Source: Candidatus Microgenomatus sp. (GTDB lineage: Bacteria > Patescibacteriota > Minisyncoccia > UBA6257 > GWB1-50-10). Taken from it: 64,000 nt of DNA. The stretch is from the NCBI GenBank assembly GCA_020724805.1, contig DYGI01000001.1, forward strand, positions 389,152 to 453,151, read 5' to 3'. Numbering within the stretch: position 1 is the first letter of the stretch; every line of letters starts with the position of its first letter. The position numbers and the translations under genes were made by a program. Under the pieces are notes generated by a model. That model saw only the letters and a list, made by a program, of their open reading frames with translations, did no database searches and was not told where the DNA came from. This document shows, piece after piece, positions 48,533 through 56,494 of this stretch.

Positions 48533-48984
48533 TTGTTGGTCGTGTTATATTCGAGTCTGATATCCTGTCCATCTTTTAAGATAAGTGTTGCAGGGTCCTC
48601 TACCTGTACGCCGTCCGCAGTGGCCGTAAGCGTACGCCCCTCCCGGACAAGTGATTTGTTCCACACGCTCATAAAATCACCGAGCACGTAAACGCGCCTA
48701 TCTTGCGATTCCACGTGTACTATGCCTTGAGAGGCATCGTCGTGGGTGTGCACGGCGCGCTCGCATTCGGCGAGACCTATGTTCGCGGGAATTTCTTCAC
48801 GTACACCATCCACGGTGATGGTGAGCACCGGGTGAATATGTTGCGTAAGAGGCACGTTCGGCACAAGGCACGGCACGCCGGACCCGATACTCCCACTGCG
48901 ATTTCCCCCGAGGCGCGGATATACGAAAAGCACGCCCAGGACCACCACAACTCCAATAACCCACATCCATGTTTTCGCTTTCAT
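48529..48984 (-). CDS. N-anchored hypothetical protein
   Basis: N-terminal TM then soluble domain of about 120 aa. Confidence 0.4.
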   Translation of the reverse strand: MKAKTWMWVIGVVVVLGVLFVYPRLGGNRSGSIGSGVPCLVPNVPLTQHIHPVLTITVDGVREEIPANIGLAECERAVHTHDDASQGIVHVESQDRRVYVLGDFMSVWNKSLVREGRTLTATADGVQVEDPATLILKDGQDIRLEYNTTNN

Positions 48985-49053
48985 GTTCGTTCAATCGTAT
49001 CACACCGCTTCGAAAGTTGAAAAAACCTCGCGCTTGAGGCACATTAAGCGTAT

Positions 49054-49124
49054 TGCGGGATCGTCTAATGGTAGGACGTCTGGCTCTGAACCAGAAAATT
49101 GGGGTTCGATTCCCTGTCCCGCAG
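49054..49124 (+). tRNA. tRNA-Gln (anticodon CTG)
   Basis: Acceptor TGCGGGA/TCCCGCA, D-arm GTCT/GGAC, anticodon loop CTCTGAA, T-loop TTCGATT, discriminator G. Confidence 0.8.
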
Positions 49125-49261
49125 CATTAGGACTAAATAGTCCTAAAATACCCACCGGAGAGGTGGGGTTCGCGTTTTAGTACGACTCCGTGTACGTTTT
49201 TTCCCTTTTCGGCATTCCTACCCCCGTTATATTCTCCTCTCGGCACTCTTAGAGTCTGAAG

Positions 49262-49477
49262 GTGAACAGGTTCCCGTACCAAATCACCAATACGCTTAGA
49301 GAACATAGGAAGGCTGTAGGATTGAGTCAGCAGAAGGTGGCGGCTGCCTTGGGGATACAGGACAACACTCTTATTTCTCGATGGGAGCGGGGCGCAGCTC
49401 TCCCCTCTCTCGTGAGCGTATACCGACTCATGGAGCTCTATAGGGCTACGTTTGAGGAGTTGTTTCCGAAGGTCTAG
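49262..49477 (+). CDS. XRE-family helix-turn-helix transcriptional regulator
   Basis: LSQQKVAAALGIQDNTLISRWERG is a classic Cro/C1 HTH. Confidence 0.75.
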   Translation: MNRFPYQITNTLREHRKAVGLSQQKVAAALGIQDNTLISRWERGAALPSLVSVYRLMELYRATFEELFPKV

Positions 49478-49593
49478 TAAAGCGATGATTTTACGATTTC
49501 TTGAACAAAACCACTAGTTGCAAAAATGCTTGATAACCCTTATCTTTTTCTAAATCCTAAAGCACAATTTGCTATAGTTAGAAATGAAATCTG

Positions 49594-50280
49594 ATGACGG
49601 AAAAAATCTTCGTTCAAAGATTAAAAAAGATTTTTAAGCAGGACGGATACCTCGTTAGAGAGGAAATCGGTGTGGGGCACGGTATAGCAGATTTAGTTTT
49701 AATTAGGGGCAGCAGGATCAACCAACGACACGTCGAGCTAAGAAAAAGCTATCGCCAGTTGTCTCCTCTGCTTAAGGAAGAGTATTTCCGCACGCTAAAT
49801 GTAATACCCGATCAGCCAGGGAAAGCATCGCTAGATCTAATTGTAAAAAAAACCCACTTATCCAAGCCTTATCTGAAATACTCCATCCTTAGAACGCTTG
49901 AGAAAAAGGGATATATCAAGTCGAACGGAGAGAACCATTATTTTAAGATTAACGGTTGGGTTCCACTAACAAGCGAACTAATTGCAGTGGAAGCAAAACT
50001 AAAGGACTGGAAAAGAGGACTCATCCAAGCGAATCGATATAAGATCTTTGCAAACAAAGTTTATTTGGCAATTCCTTCCTCTCATGCTCACCTCGTGGAC
50101 AGAAAGATGTTGAGAAAACATGGAATCGGACTAATCACATTAGATATAGTGAGCGGGAAGAAAAATATCCCACTCCGTGCAAGTCATAATATACCCGCGA
50201 ATTTACCTCGCAGTAACTTTGCAGTTGAACATTTCTGGGGAAAACAGATCTACAAACGAGCAGAGGCGCGGCCAATCTAG
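49594..50280 (+). CDS. hypothetical protein, possible PD-(D/E)xK-fold nuclease with central wHTH
   Basis: GHGIADLVLI ... IAVEAKLKDW fits a D...ExK arrangement; weak. Confidence 0.35.
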   Translation: MTEKIFVQRLKKIFKQDGYLVREEIGVGHGIADLVLIRGSRINQRHVELRKSYRQLSPLLKEEYFRTLNVIPDQPGKASLDLIVKKTHLSKPYLKYSILRTLEKKGYIKSNGENHYFKINGWVPLTSELIAVEAKLKDWKRGLIQANRYKIFANKVYLAIPSSHAHLVDRKMLRKHGIGLITLDIVSGKKNIPLRASHNIPANLPRSNFAVEHFWGKQIYKRAEARPI

Positions 50281-50714
50281 GATATTTTCGAAAACGCTTG
50301 AGTAAACTTTTCGGGAGATATTGTGCGCACGTCTCCAAACCTTCCTATATCAAGTAAATCTCTATCGCGGGTGATGATAATTTTTGCGGCGCAAGTCCTC
50401 GCAACTCTTACGTATTCATCATCGTCAGGGTCCCTCTGAATGTAGCGTGCTAACTTCTCAGTGGAATTCGGCTCTACCATATTTACGAATGCTCTATAGT
50501 CCAAGATAATTTTTTCAGGACTAAATATTTGCCTTTTCAGATATTTCTGAAGCCTACCAATCTGAATTTTTTCGCAGAACTCTTGGTAGGTCGCCGAACT
50601 GCCGAATATTAATATTCTTTTTTCTAGCGCCCAATTAATAATTCTTCTTGTTGGGCCAGGCGTCCCCAACATACCCGAAATGAGAATGTTCGTATCCGGC
50701 ACTACCTTGATCAT
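50277..50714 (-). CDS. PIN-domain nuclease (TIGR00305-like toxin family)
   Basis: N-terminal VVPDTNILISGML and conserved acidic residues (..ARTCAAKIIITRDRDLL). Start overlaps the stop of the TGT-like gene by 4 nt. Confidence 0.7.
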   Translation of the reverse strand: MIKVVPDTNILISGMLGTPGPTRRIINWALEKRILIFGSSATYQEFCEKIQIGRLQKYLKRQIFSPEKIILDYRAFVNMVEPNSTEKLARYIQRDPDDDEYVRVARTCAAKIIITRDRDLLDIGRFGDVRTISPEKFTQAFSKIS

Positions 50715-51880
50715 GAGTCAAGCTCGGATAGTAACGTTTTCAGTTCGTCATCATCACCAGGAAACTCCCATGTCTTTGCCAAATCTAGAACAGCCTTCCA
50801 ACGAGGAAGGTAGGCTGTCTTTACCCCAATGGCGCGAGACCGCAACTTCGAAGTTAACTGAATAGCATCATCGACCCGCTTAGACAGGACACTTATCCGT
50901 TTCTCTTTCGTTAAATTTTGAAGAGATTGAACACTTGATAATCTCGTGTGAAGAAAGTGTAGCTTTTTAGCCGCCACTTCTTTGGGGTATGACCCACCAC
51001 ACGCCGGACAATTACAGGAGTATTTTATCTTCTTCAGATCTTGATCGTTGAGATAATCAAAAATCTCCGGCACGTATGTTTTTTCGATTCGCTTACTCCA
51101 TCCCTTAGGCGTACTTTGAAGATTCTTCACGACGAACATTTCTCCCGCTGCCAGACCGCTTCCAAAGCCGCTTGCACCTACTGCACAAAGAACCTCACCA
51201 AATGGACCGATTTTATTGGCAAAGACCACACTCCCCTCCGAGAGACGGAATGCTAAGCGGGCAAATTCTAAGAGTGAGTCTTGGTCGGCACTTTCACAAT
51301 CTAGATCATTTATCACAACTATATAACCGTCTAACGAGTCACGAAAATCCTCTTTATACCTATCAATGATGTAATTGATGACCGTGGGTCGATTAAGAAT
51401 AGAGCTTCCCAATTTCAGCATCGCAAAAACCGGAATTTCTTGTTTTGTCTCCTGAAGATAGCGCAACGTTTCTGACAGCATGGAAATATTAACACCAAAT
51501 TTTAGGTCGTCGGTATCTTCACAAAAAAAATAAGGAGCTATCATTACTGATGCCTGTTTACGGAACTGGTCTTGTACGGCAATCTGAACAATCTTCTCCT
51601 TACGAAAACCGGGGTCACTGTAAACTTTTTCCGCGTTAACTTCATTTGGATATCCCAGTCTTTTAAAATTCTCCCCTTCACTCGCATCCTTGAATAGCAG
51701 GATGTCTGTCGAGGGGTCTATGATAAATACGTCTGATATCGCCCTTAATTTCTCAGCGACTTTTGGACGCCACTCCGAATGTCTTGTATCCATAAGCACG
51801 GCAGGAAAGCGGAATCCTAGTGATTCCAAGTGTCCGTCCTGTGCATTCGGCAAAAAGATTGGTGTTTTCGGTATCAACAT
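50711..51880 (-). CDS. tRNA-guanine-transglycosylase (TGT) superfamily-like zinc-binding protein (DpdA/TGT-like); catalytic Asp possibly missing
   Basis: N-terminal KTPIFLPN resembles TGT ETPCFMPVGT. LDGYIVVINDL resembles FDGYAVGGLAVGE. C-terminal CNCPAC-(13 aa)-HFLH resembles the TGT zinc site CDCYTC...YLHHL. The GIDMFDCV nucleophile region aligns to GEMFVVKN. Confidence 0.45.
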   Translation of the reverse strand: MLIPKTPIFLPNAQDGHLESLGFRFPAVLMDTRHSEWRPKVAEKLRAISDVFIIDPSTDILLFKDASEGENFKRLGYPNEVNAEKVYSDPGFRKEKIVQIAVQDQFRKQASVMIAPYFFCEDTDDLKFGVNISMLSETLRYLQETKQEIPVFAMLKLGSSILNRPTVINYIIDRYKEDFRDSLDGYIVVINDLDCESADQDSLLEFARLAFRLSEGSVVFANKIGPFGEVLCAVGASGFGSGLAAGEMFVVKNLQSTPKGWSKRIEKTYVPEIFDYLNDQDLKKIKYSCNCPACGGSYPKEVAAKKLHFLHTRLSSVQSLQNLTKEKRISVLSKRVDDAIQLTSKLRSRAIGVKTAYLPRWKAVLDLAKTWEFPGDDDELKTLLSELDS

Positions 51881-52005
51881 TCTTCGTTCTTTCTATTAGA
51901 GAAGATTGTCGGTACAAAATATACAATAAAATTCCTTGCTTGGAAAGCGTTATGTATCGCCGCTATTTAGAACACCCCCTCGGTAGGGGGTGTTCTGTCT
52001 GGCGC

Positions 52006-52275
52006 TTAGGTATCTTTGCTGATCGCCTGTATGGTTTCGGCTGCTGGGCCTAAAGCGTTTACTATCTCTATTTTTTCCTTTCCATAATGATCCCTCAAGC
52101 CCTTTAAGAGTTCGTCAGCATAAGAAGGCGTTAGGACCTCTACGCCAGAAAAGTCTAAAACAATATTCTCCTTGTCCGCTGAGCCGTTGATAATCTGTCG
52201 CAGACGCAAAAGCGCCTCCCTACCGGTAGGTCTACCATTCAGCACAGTTCCAAATTTTTGCATCATTACCGTCAT
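52006..52275 (-). CDS. STAS-domain protein (anti-sigma-factor-antagonist-like, DUF4325-type)
   Basis: ...ENIVLDFSGVEVLTPSYADELL... is the typical STAS beta-alpha core; 89 aa. Confidence 0.55.
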   Translation of the reverse strand: MTVMMQKFGTVLNGRPTGREALLRLRQIINGSADKENIVLDFSGVEVLTPSYADELLKGLRDHYGKEKIEIVNALGPAAETIQAISKDT

Positions 52276-52281
52276 ATGATT

Positions 52282-53124
52282 TCACTTGTATTCTATCACA
52301 ACTGACGCCAGCGTCCCTAAGATACGATTCACTACGGATGACTTTTGCCCTTGTTCATCCACGACTACTAATCCCTCCCCAGAATGCACTCTGACTTTAC
52401 CATTAAACTTGTTAATTGTCCAGTCCTGAACGAGCCTCAACCCATTGCCGCGTTTCTCCCCCACTCTTCCCGTTACACCTGTTAGTCCAAGCTGTATCGC
52501 ATCGACATCGTTAGCTAGATTAGGATCACGAACCTTTAAGGAACCGAGGAAGCCAATCCCCGGGTCTGCAATGGCAATCTCAATGAACTTCTTCTCAGGA
52601 TAATTCTGTGCGACCATGATCGCCCCGCCAACATTCGTTGGCCACACTCCTTCATTGTGATCAAAAACATTGTTTCCGAGCTCACCGATAAGCGAGGTAA
52701 CCCGTTGTTCATCTTCCCCACGCAGGCCGAAGTTCCTGAGCATTAAGCGGATATTAGAAGAAAGACGCGCATTGAATTCATCCCTGTAGGTGCAGTGGAG
52801 TATCTCGTGTAGGTTTAGGTTCGGATGCTCGACCATTGGAAGAGAGTTCAATGGCGCAAGAAACGCACCGTATCCCATTGCGTCCATAAACTGAGGGAAG
52901 TGAATTCTCTTCAAATACGTCAAGACATCGTGGTGCTTAGGCAATACGAGTTCTTTCTTTGGTTGATCTTTTAGCTCAATCGCCCTTAAACAAATCATGC
53001 CAACGCCCCAGGGCTCGCACCACCCCGCTTTACTCAAATCAATAACATCCCCGTTAAACCATCCAGCATCCCGGCTGTAAATCTCACCAAATCCAAGTCT
53101 CATGATGGCTAAAGTATAAGCCAT
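52282..53124 (-). CDS. GHKL-family ATPase (RsbW/SpoIIAB-like kinase fold) with N-terminal extension
   Basis: N-box ELGNNVFDHN, G1 DPGIGF, G2 GLTGVTGRVGEKRGNGL. Pairs with the adjacent STAS gene. Confidence 0.55.
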   Translation of the reverse strand: MAYTLAIMRLGFGEIYSRDAGWFNGDVIDLSKAGWCEPWGVGMICLRAIELKDQPKKELVLPKHHDVLTYLKRIHFPQFMDAMGYGAFLAPLNSLPMVEHPNLNLHEILHCTYRDEFNARLSSNIRLMLRNFGLRGEDEQRVTSLIGELGNNVFDHNEGVWPTNVGGAIMVAQNYPEKKFIEIAIADPGIGFLGSLKVRDPNLANDVDAIQLGLTGVTGRVGEKRGNGLRLVQDWTINKFNGKVRVHSGEGLVVVDEQGQKSSVVNRILGTLASVVIEYK

Positions 53125-53259
53125 CTGAAACCGCTGCGTAAATGAACGGCATGGCTAGAACTTGTCTAATCCGGCAACTTCTCCCTCCTTGCCGTCCCCT
53201 TCCGCTCCCCTATACTGGACGCGTAGTCAATTGAGGAATATCTTCCTCGGCATACAAAA

Positions 53260-53400
53260 GGTTCGAACATCGTTCAGGCCCCGCAGCCCTTCTTCGCTTC
53301 GCTCATCAGGGCCTATGGCATCTCTTGAGCGAAGAAGGCACTGAGGAATCCTGAGTATGAACGAAGGACGACGAAGTGATAAAATTCGCTTGTGAGTCAC
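53260..53400 (-). repeat. island-boundary element copy 3 (tRNA-Gln 3'-end-like core 53260-53292 plus conserved hairpins)
   Basis: GGTTCGAACATCGTTCAGGCCCCGCAGCCC then ccttcttcgc...gaagaagg hairpin. About 93% identical over 64 nt to the reverse complement of 4190-4246. Confidence 0.7.
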
Positions 53401-53640
53401 TTCGTTTATATTCTCACATGTGCCGATGGTTCACTGTACGTGGGATGTACCAATAACCTTGAACGTAGAATAAAGCAACACAACGATTCTAAGTGGGGCG
53501 CACACTATACAAAACTAAGACGCCCCGTAGCACTTGTGCACCAAGAAGAATTTCCAACCTTACGTGAGGCGCGACGACGAGAAACTGAAATCAAAGGTTG
53601 GCGCCATGAGAAGAAACTAACACTCATTAATAAGACCTAA
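53392..53640 (+). CDS. GIY-YIG nuclease domain protein
   Basis: FVYILTC...SLYVGCTNNLERRIKQH; GTG start; low GC. Confidence 0.7.
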   Translation: MSHFVYILTCADGSLYVGCTNNLERRIKQHNDSKWGAHYTKLRRPVALVHQEEFPTLREARRRETEIKGWRHEKKLTLINKT

Positions 53641-53685
53641 TTTATCTTTTACCGCGGATATATCTCGGTATGCTCTAAAAATATT

Positions 53686-54645
53686 ATGTTTATCGACGAC
53701 GTTACCATAAGGGTTTTCGCTGGAAATGGCGGGAAGGGCGCAGTTGCGTTCAATAAAAACCTCATGTCCTTGGGCCCCGCGGGCGGGAGCGGCGGCAAGG
53801 GAGGCAGTGTGTATGCCGAGGGCGTTTCCAACCTGAGCGCCCTTCAGCAATTCAGATACGAAAAATCCATCCAGGCGGAGCACGGCATGGACGGTCGCGG
53901 CCAATTTAAGGATGGCCACGATGGAAAAGACCTTACGCTCAAAGTTCCGGTGGGCACTATTATTCACAACCTCACGAACGGACACGATGTGGAAATTACG
54001 AAGATAGGCGAACGCGTGCTTCTCGCGAAAGGTGGCAATGGAGGCAAAGGGAATTTTCACTTCCGCTCGCCGAAGCTCACCACGCCAAAACGTTTCCAAC
54101 CGGGACTTCCGGGAGAAACGTTCCAATTCCGGCTTGAGCTGAAACTTACCGCGGACATCGGGTTCGTAGGACTTCCTAATGTTGGGAAATCCAGTTTACT
54201 GAACGTCCTCACGAACGCCAAAAGCAAGGTGGCGAACTATCCCTTTACCACACTTGAACCAAACCTCGGCGCGTACTACGAACTCATTCTCGCTGATATC
54301 CCGGGCTTGATTGAGGGCTCGTCGCGCGGCAAGGGGCTCGGCATCAAATTCCTCCGCCACATTGAGCGGACGCGCATTCTTTTTCACTTCATTTCGGCAG
54401 AATCCCCTTCTCCGAAAAAAGATTACGACACCATCCGTAAAGAGCTGGGGAATCACAATAAAAAACTTCTGGAGAAACCGGAATATCTTTTCCTCACGAA
54501 AAGCGATGAAGCGTCGCCCGCGGAATTAAAAAAGAAGCTCGCGGTGTTAAAGAAGATTAATCGCGCCACTATGGCGATTTCGCTCTATGACGACGAGAGC
54601 ATACATGCGGTCAAAAAACTCCTCAACAAAATAAAGAGCGAATGA
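53686..54645 (+). CDS. obg: GTPase Obg
   Basis: Gly-rich Obg fold (GGKGGSV, GGNGGKGN) then G domain GLPNVGKSSLL, DIPGLIEG. Confidence 0.9.
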   Translation: MFIDDVTIRVFAGNGGKGAVAFNKNLMSLGPAGGSGGKGGSVYAEGVSNLSALQQFRYEKSIQAEHGMDGRGQFKDGHDGKDLTLKVPVGTIIHNLTNGHDVEITKIGERVLLAKGGNGGKGNFHFRSPKLTTPKRFQPGLPGETFQFRLELKLTADIGFVGLPNVGKSSLLNVLTNAKSKVANYPFTTLEPNLGAYYELILADIPGLIEGSSRGKGLGIKFLRHIERTRILFHFISAESPSPKKDYDTIRKELGNHNKKLLEKPEYLFLTKSDEASPAELKKKLAVLKKINRATMAISLYDDESIHAVKKLLNKIKSE

Positions 54646-55229
54646 GCTATCGCACTCATCTCCTCCGCGCGGACAAGGTGATGGCACGCCTAGTGAGGCG
54701 CTATTCCCTCAAAGCCATTGCGCCCGCAAAGAATCCACTTGAAGAGCTCGTGGGGTCCATCATATCCCAGCAACTTTCGGTGAAAGCGGTCGAGACCATC
54801 GCCGCACGTTTTTTTGCGCTTTACGACGGCCGCATGCCTTCGGCGGAACGCATCGTGCGGACTCCCATTCCACGAATGAGGACATGTGGGATTTCAAATG
54901 CAAAAGTGCGGTATATCAAAAACGTTGCCCGCGCTTTCATCGCGGGACGTCTGAACCGGGCGCACCTCATGCGTATGAGCGACGCGGAAGTTCACCACCA
55001 CCTCATCGCCATAAAAGGTGTGGGGCCGTGGACCGTGGAAATGTTCCTTATATTCGCGCTCGGGCGCCCCGACATATTTTCTCCTGGGGATGTAGGACTT
55101 CAAAACGCGATTCGCGTCCACTACGGCAAAAAACCGACGCCCACGTTCATGAAAAAACTTTCCGCGCGTTGGGCCCCATACCGGAGCTACGCCTGCCGCT
55201 ACCTCTGGAAATCCTTGGATAACGAATAA
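54642..55229 (+). CDS. HhH-GPD base-excision DNA glycosylase (AlkA/OGG-like)
   Basis: Helix-hairpin-helix LIAIKGVGPWTVEMF followed by a catalytic Asp (PGDVGLQ). Confidence 0.75.
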   Translation: MSYRTHLLRADKVMARLVRRYSLKAIAPAKNPLEELVGSIISQQLSVKAVETIAARFFALYDGRMPSAERIVRTPIPRMRTCGISNAKVRYIKNVARAFIAGRLNRAHLMRMSDAEVHHHLIAIKGVGPWTVEMFLIFALGRPDIFSPGDVGLQNAIRVHYGKKPTPTFMKKLSARWAPYRSYACRYLWKSLDNE

Positions 55230-55239
55230 AACTGTTCGC

Positions 55240-56487
55240 TTATCTGAACTTTCTGCGCGGAGAAAACCGGCGCGGACCACCGAAGTGCGGTGGACGCGGT
55301 CCTCGCGGAGCAAAACGCGAAGGGCGACGCGGTGGATGTGAAGATTCTTCTATTACCGGTGCGCCGCGATGCGGCGGGAGTGCAGGCAATTTGGAAAGCG
55401 GGAGTGCTTGGCGTATGAGCCTCTCGATACCGCGCACATCCCCACGCTGATCCGGAGTGGCGAATGAAATAGCGTGCCCTTTGCCGCCCGCACGCGCTGT
55501 GCGCCCGATGCGATGTACATAATCTTCCGCGGTGCTCGGGAGATCATAATTTACCACTACCTCGATTCCCTTCACATCGATGCCGCGCGCCGCAATGTCG
55601 GTCGCGATAAGCACACGATACTTCCCGTTTTTGAACCCATCCAGTGCCTCGCGGCGTTGTGAAAGCGAACGGTTCGCATGGAGTTCGGCGGCCGGATGAC
55701 CCATAGCGCGCACCGAAGCAGCTATTTTTTTCGCTCCAAATTTCGTCCGTGAAAACACCAGCACAGAACCTCGATATTCTCCGAGCACTTTTTCCAAAAG
55801 CCGCGGTTTGTCGGGACGCGCCACGACAAAAAGTTCCTGGGTTACTTTCGCTGCGGTAGTTCCCGGCGGTGCGATTTCCACACTGAGCGGCAATTTCATG
55901 CTCGTCCGCGCGATATTCACGATATCCTGCGGCATGGTGGCGGAGAAAAGCATGGTTTGGCGCTCTTTCGGCACTGCGGCGAGAATTCGGTTCAGTTGCG
56001 GTGCAAAACCCATATCCAACATCCGGTCCGCTTCGTCGAGCACAAGCATTCCCACCGCCGAGAGCGATACGGTTTTTTGGGTAAGGTGGTCAATGATGCG
56101 CCCCGGGGTCCCTATGACAATCATGGGGTCTCGTCGCAATGCGCTTATCTGCCTGCCGACGGACTCTCCTCCGATGAGAAGTACGGTTCGTATGCGAAGC
56201 GCGCCACCGATTTTTTCCAACGTATCTTGAACTTGGAGCGCAAGTTCGCGCGTGGGAAGCACCACAAGCCCTCGGGTTCCCCGCAGCGCCGCTTGTATCA
56301 TCGGGATGCCGAACGCGAGCGTCTTCCCCGTTCCTGTTTGCGCGATGCCGATAAGATCCTTCCCTTCCAATGCGGGAGGAATGGATTTCTGCTGTATCGG
56401 CGTCGGCGTCTTAAAATTCAGGCGATCAATGGTTGCAAGAATGTTCGGCGCGATACCAAGGCCATAAAAACCGGATTGAGGTTCCAT
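55240..56487 (-). CDS. DEAD-box ATP-dependent RNA helicase
   Basis: Q motif, AQTGTGKT, PTRELA, DEAD, SAT, HRIGRTAR; Arg-rich C-terminal tail. Confidence 0.9.
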   Translation of the reverse strand: MEPQSGFYGLGIAPNILATIDRLNFKTPTPIQQKSIPPALEGKDLIGIAQTGTGKTLAFGIPMIQAALRGTRGLVVLPTRELALQVQDTLEKIGGALRIRTVLLIGGESVGRQISALRRDPMIVIGTPGRIIDHLTQKTVSLSAVGMLVLDEADRMLDMGFAPQLNRILAAVPKERQTMLFSATMPQDIVNIARTSMKLPLSVEIAPPGTTAAKVTQELFVVARPDKPRLLEKVLGEYRGSVLVFSRTKFGAKKIAASVRAMGHPAAELHANRSLSQRREALDGFKNGKYRVLIATDIAARGIDVKGIEVVVNYDLPSTAEDYVHRIGRTARAGGKGHAISFATPDQRGDVRGIERLIRQALPLSKLPALPPHRGAPVIEESSHPPRRPSRFAPRGPRPPHFGGPRRFSPRRKFR

Positions 56488-56494
56488 GCCTTTA

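Larger units (their letters stand above)
49125..53640. mobile_element. low-GC genomic island B downstream of tRNA-Gln(CTG); no integrase found
   Basis: GC about 35-45%. Left border is the tRNA 3' end. The right side carries a tRNA-Gln-3'-end-like repeat at 53260-53292 within a conserved element of about 130 nt. Cargo is regulatory, nuclease, toxin and modification-like genes. Confidence 0.6.

Noticed and set aside
49125-53640. Prophage call for island B
   Set aside because: No integrase, terminase, capsid or tail genes. Only regulator, nuclease and toxin cargo. Better described as a defence-type genomic island.
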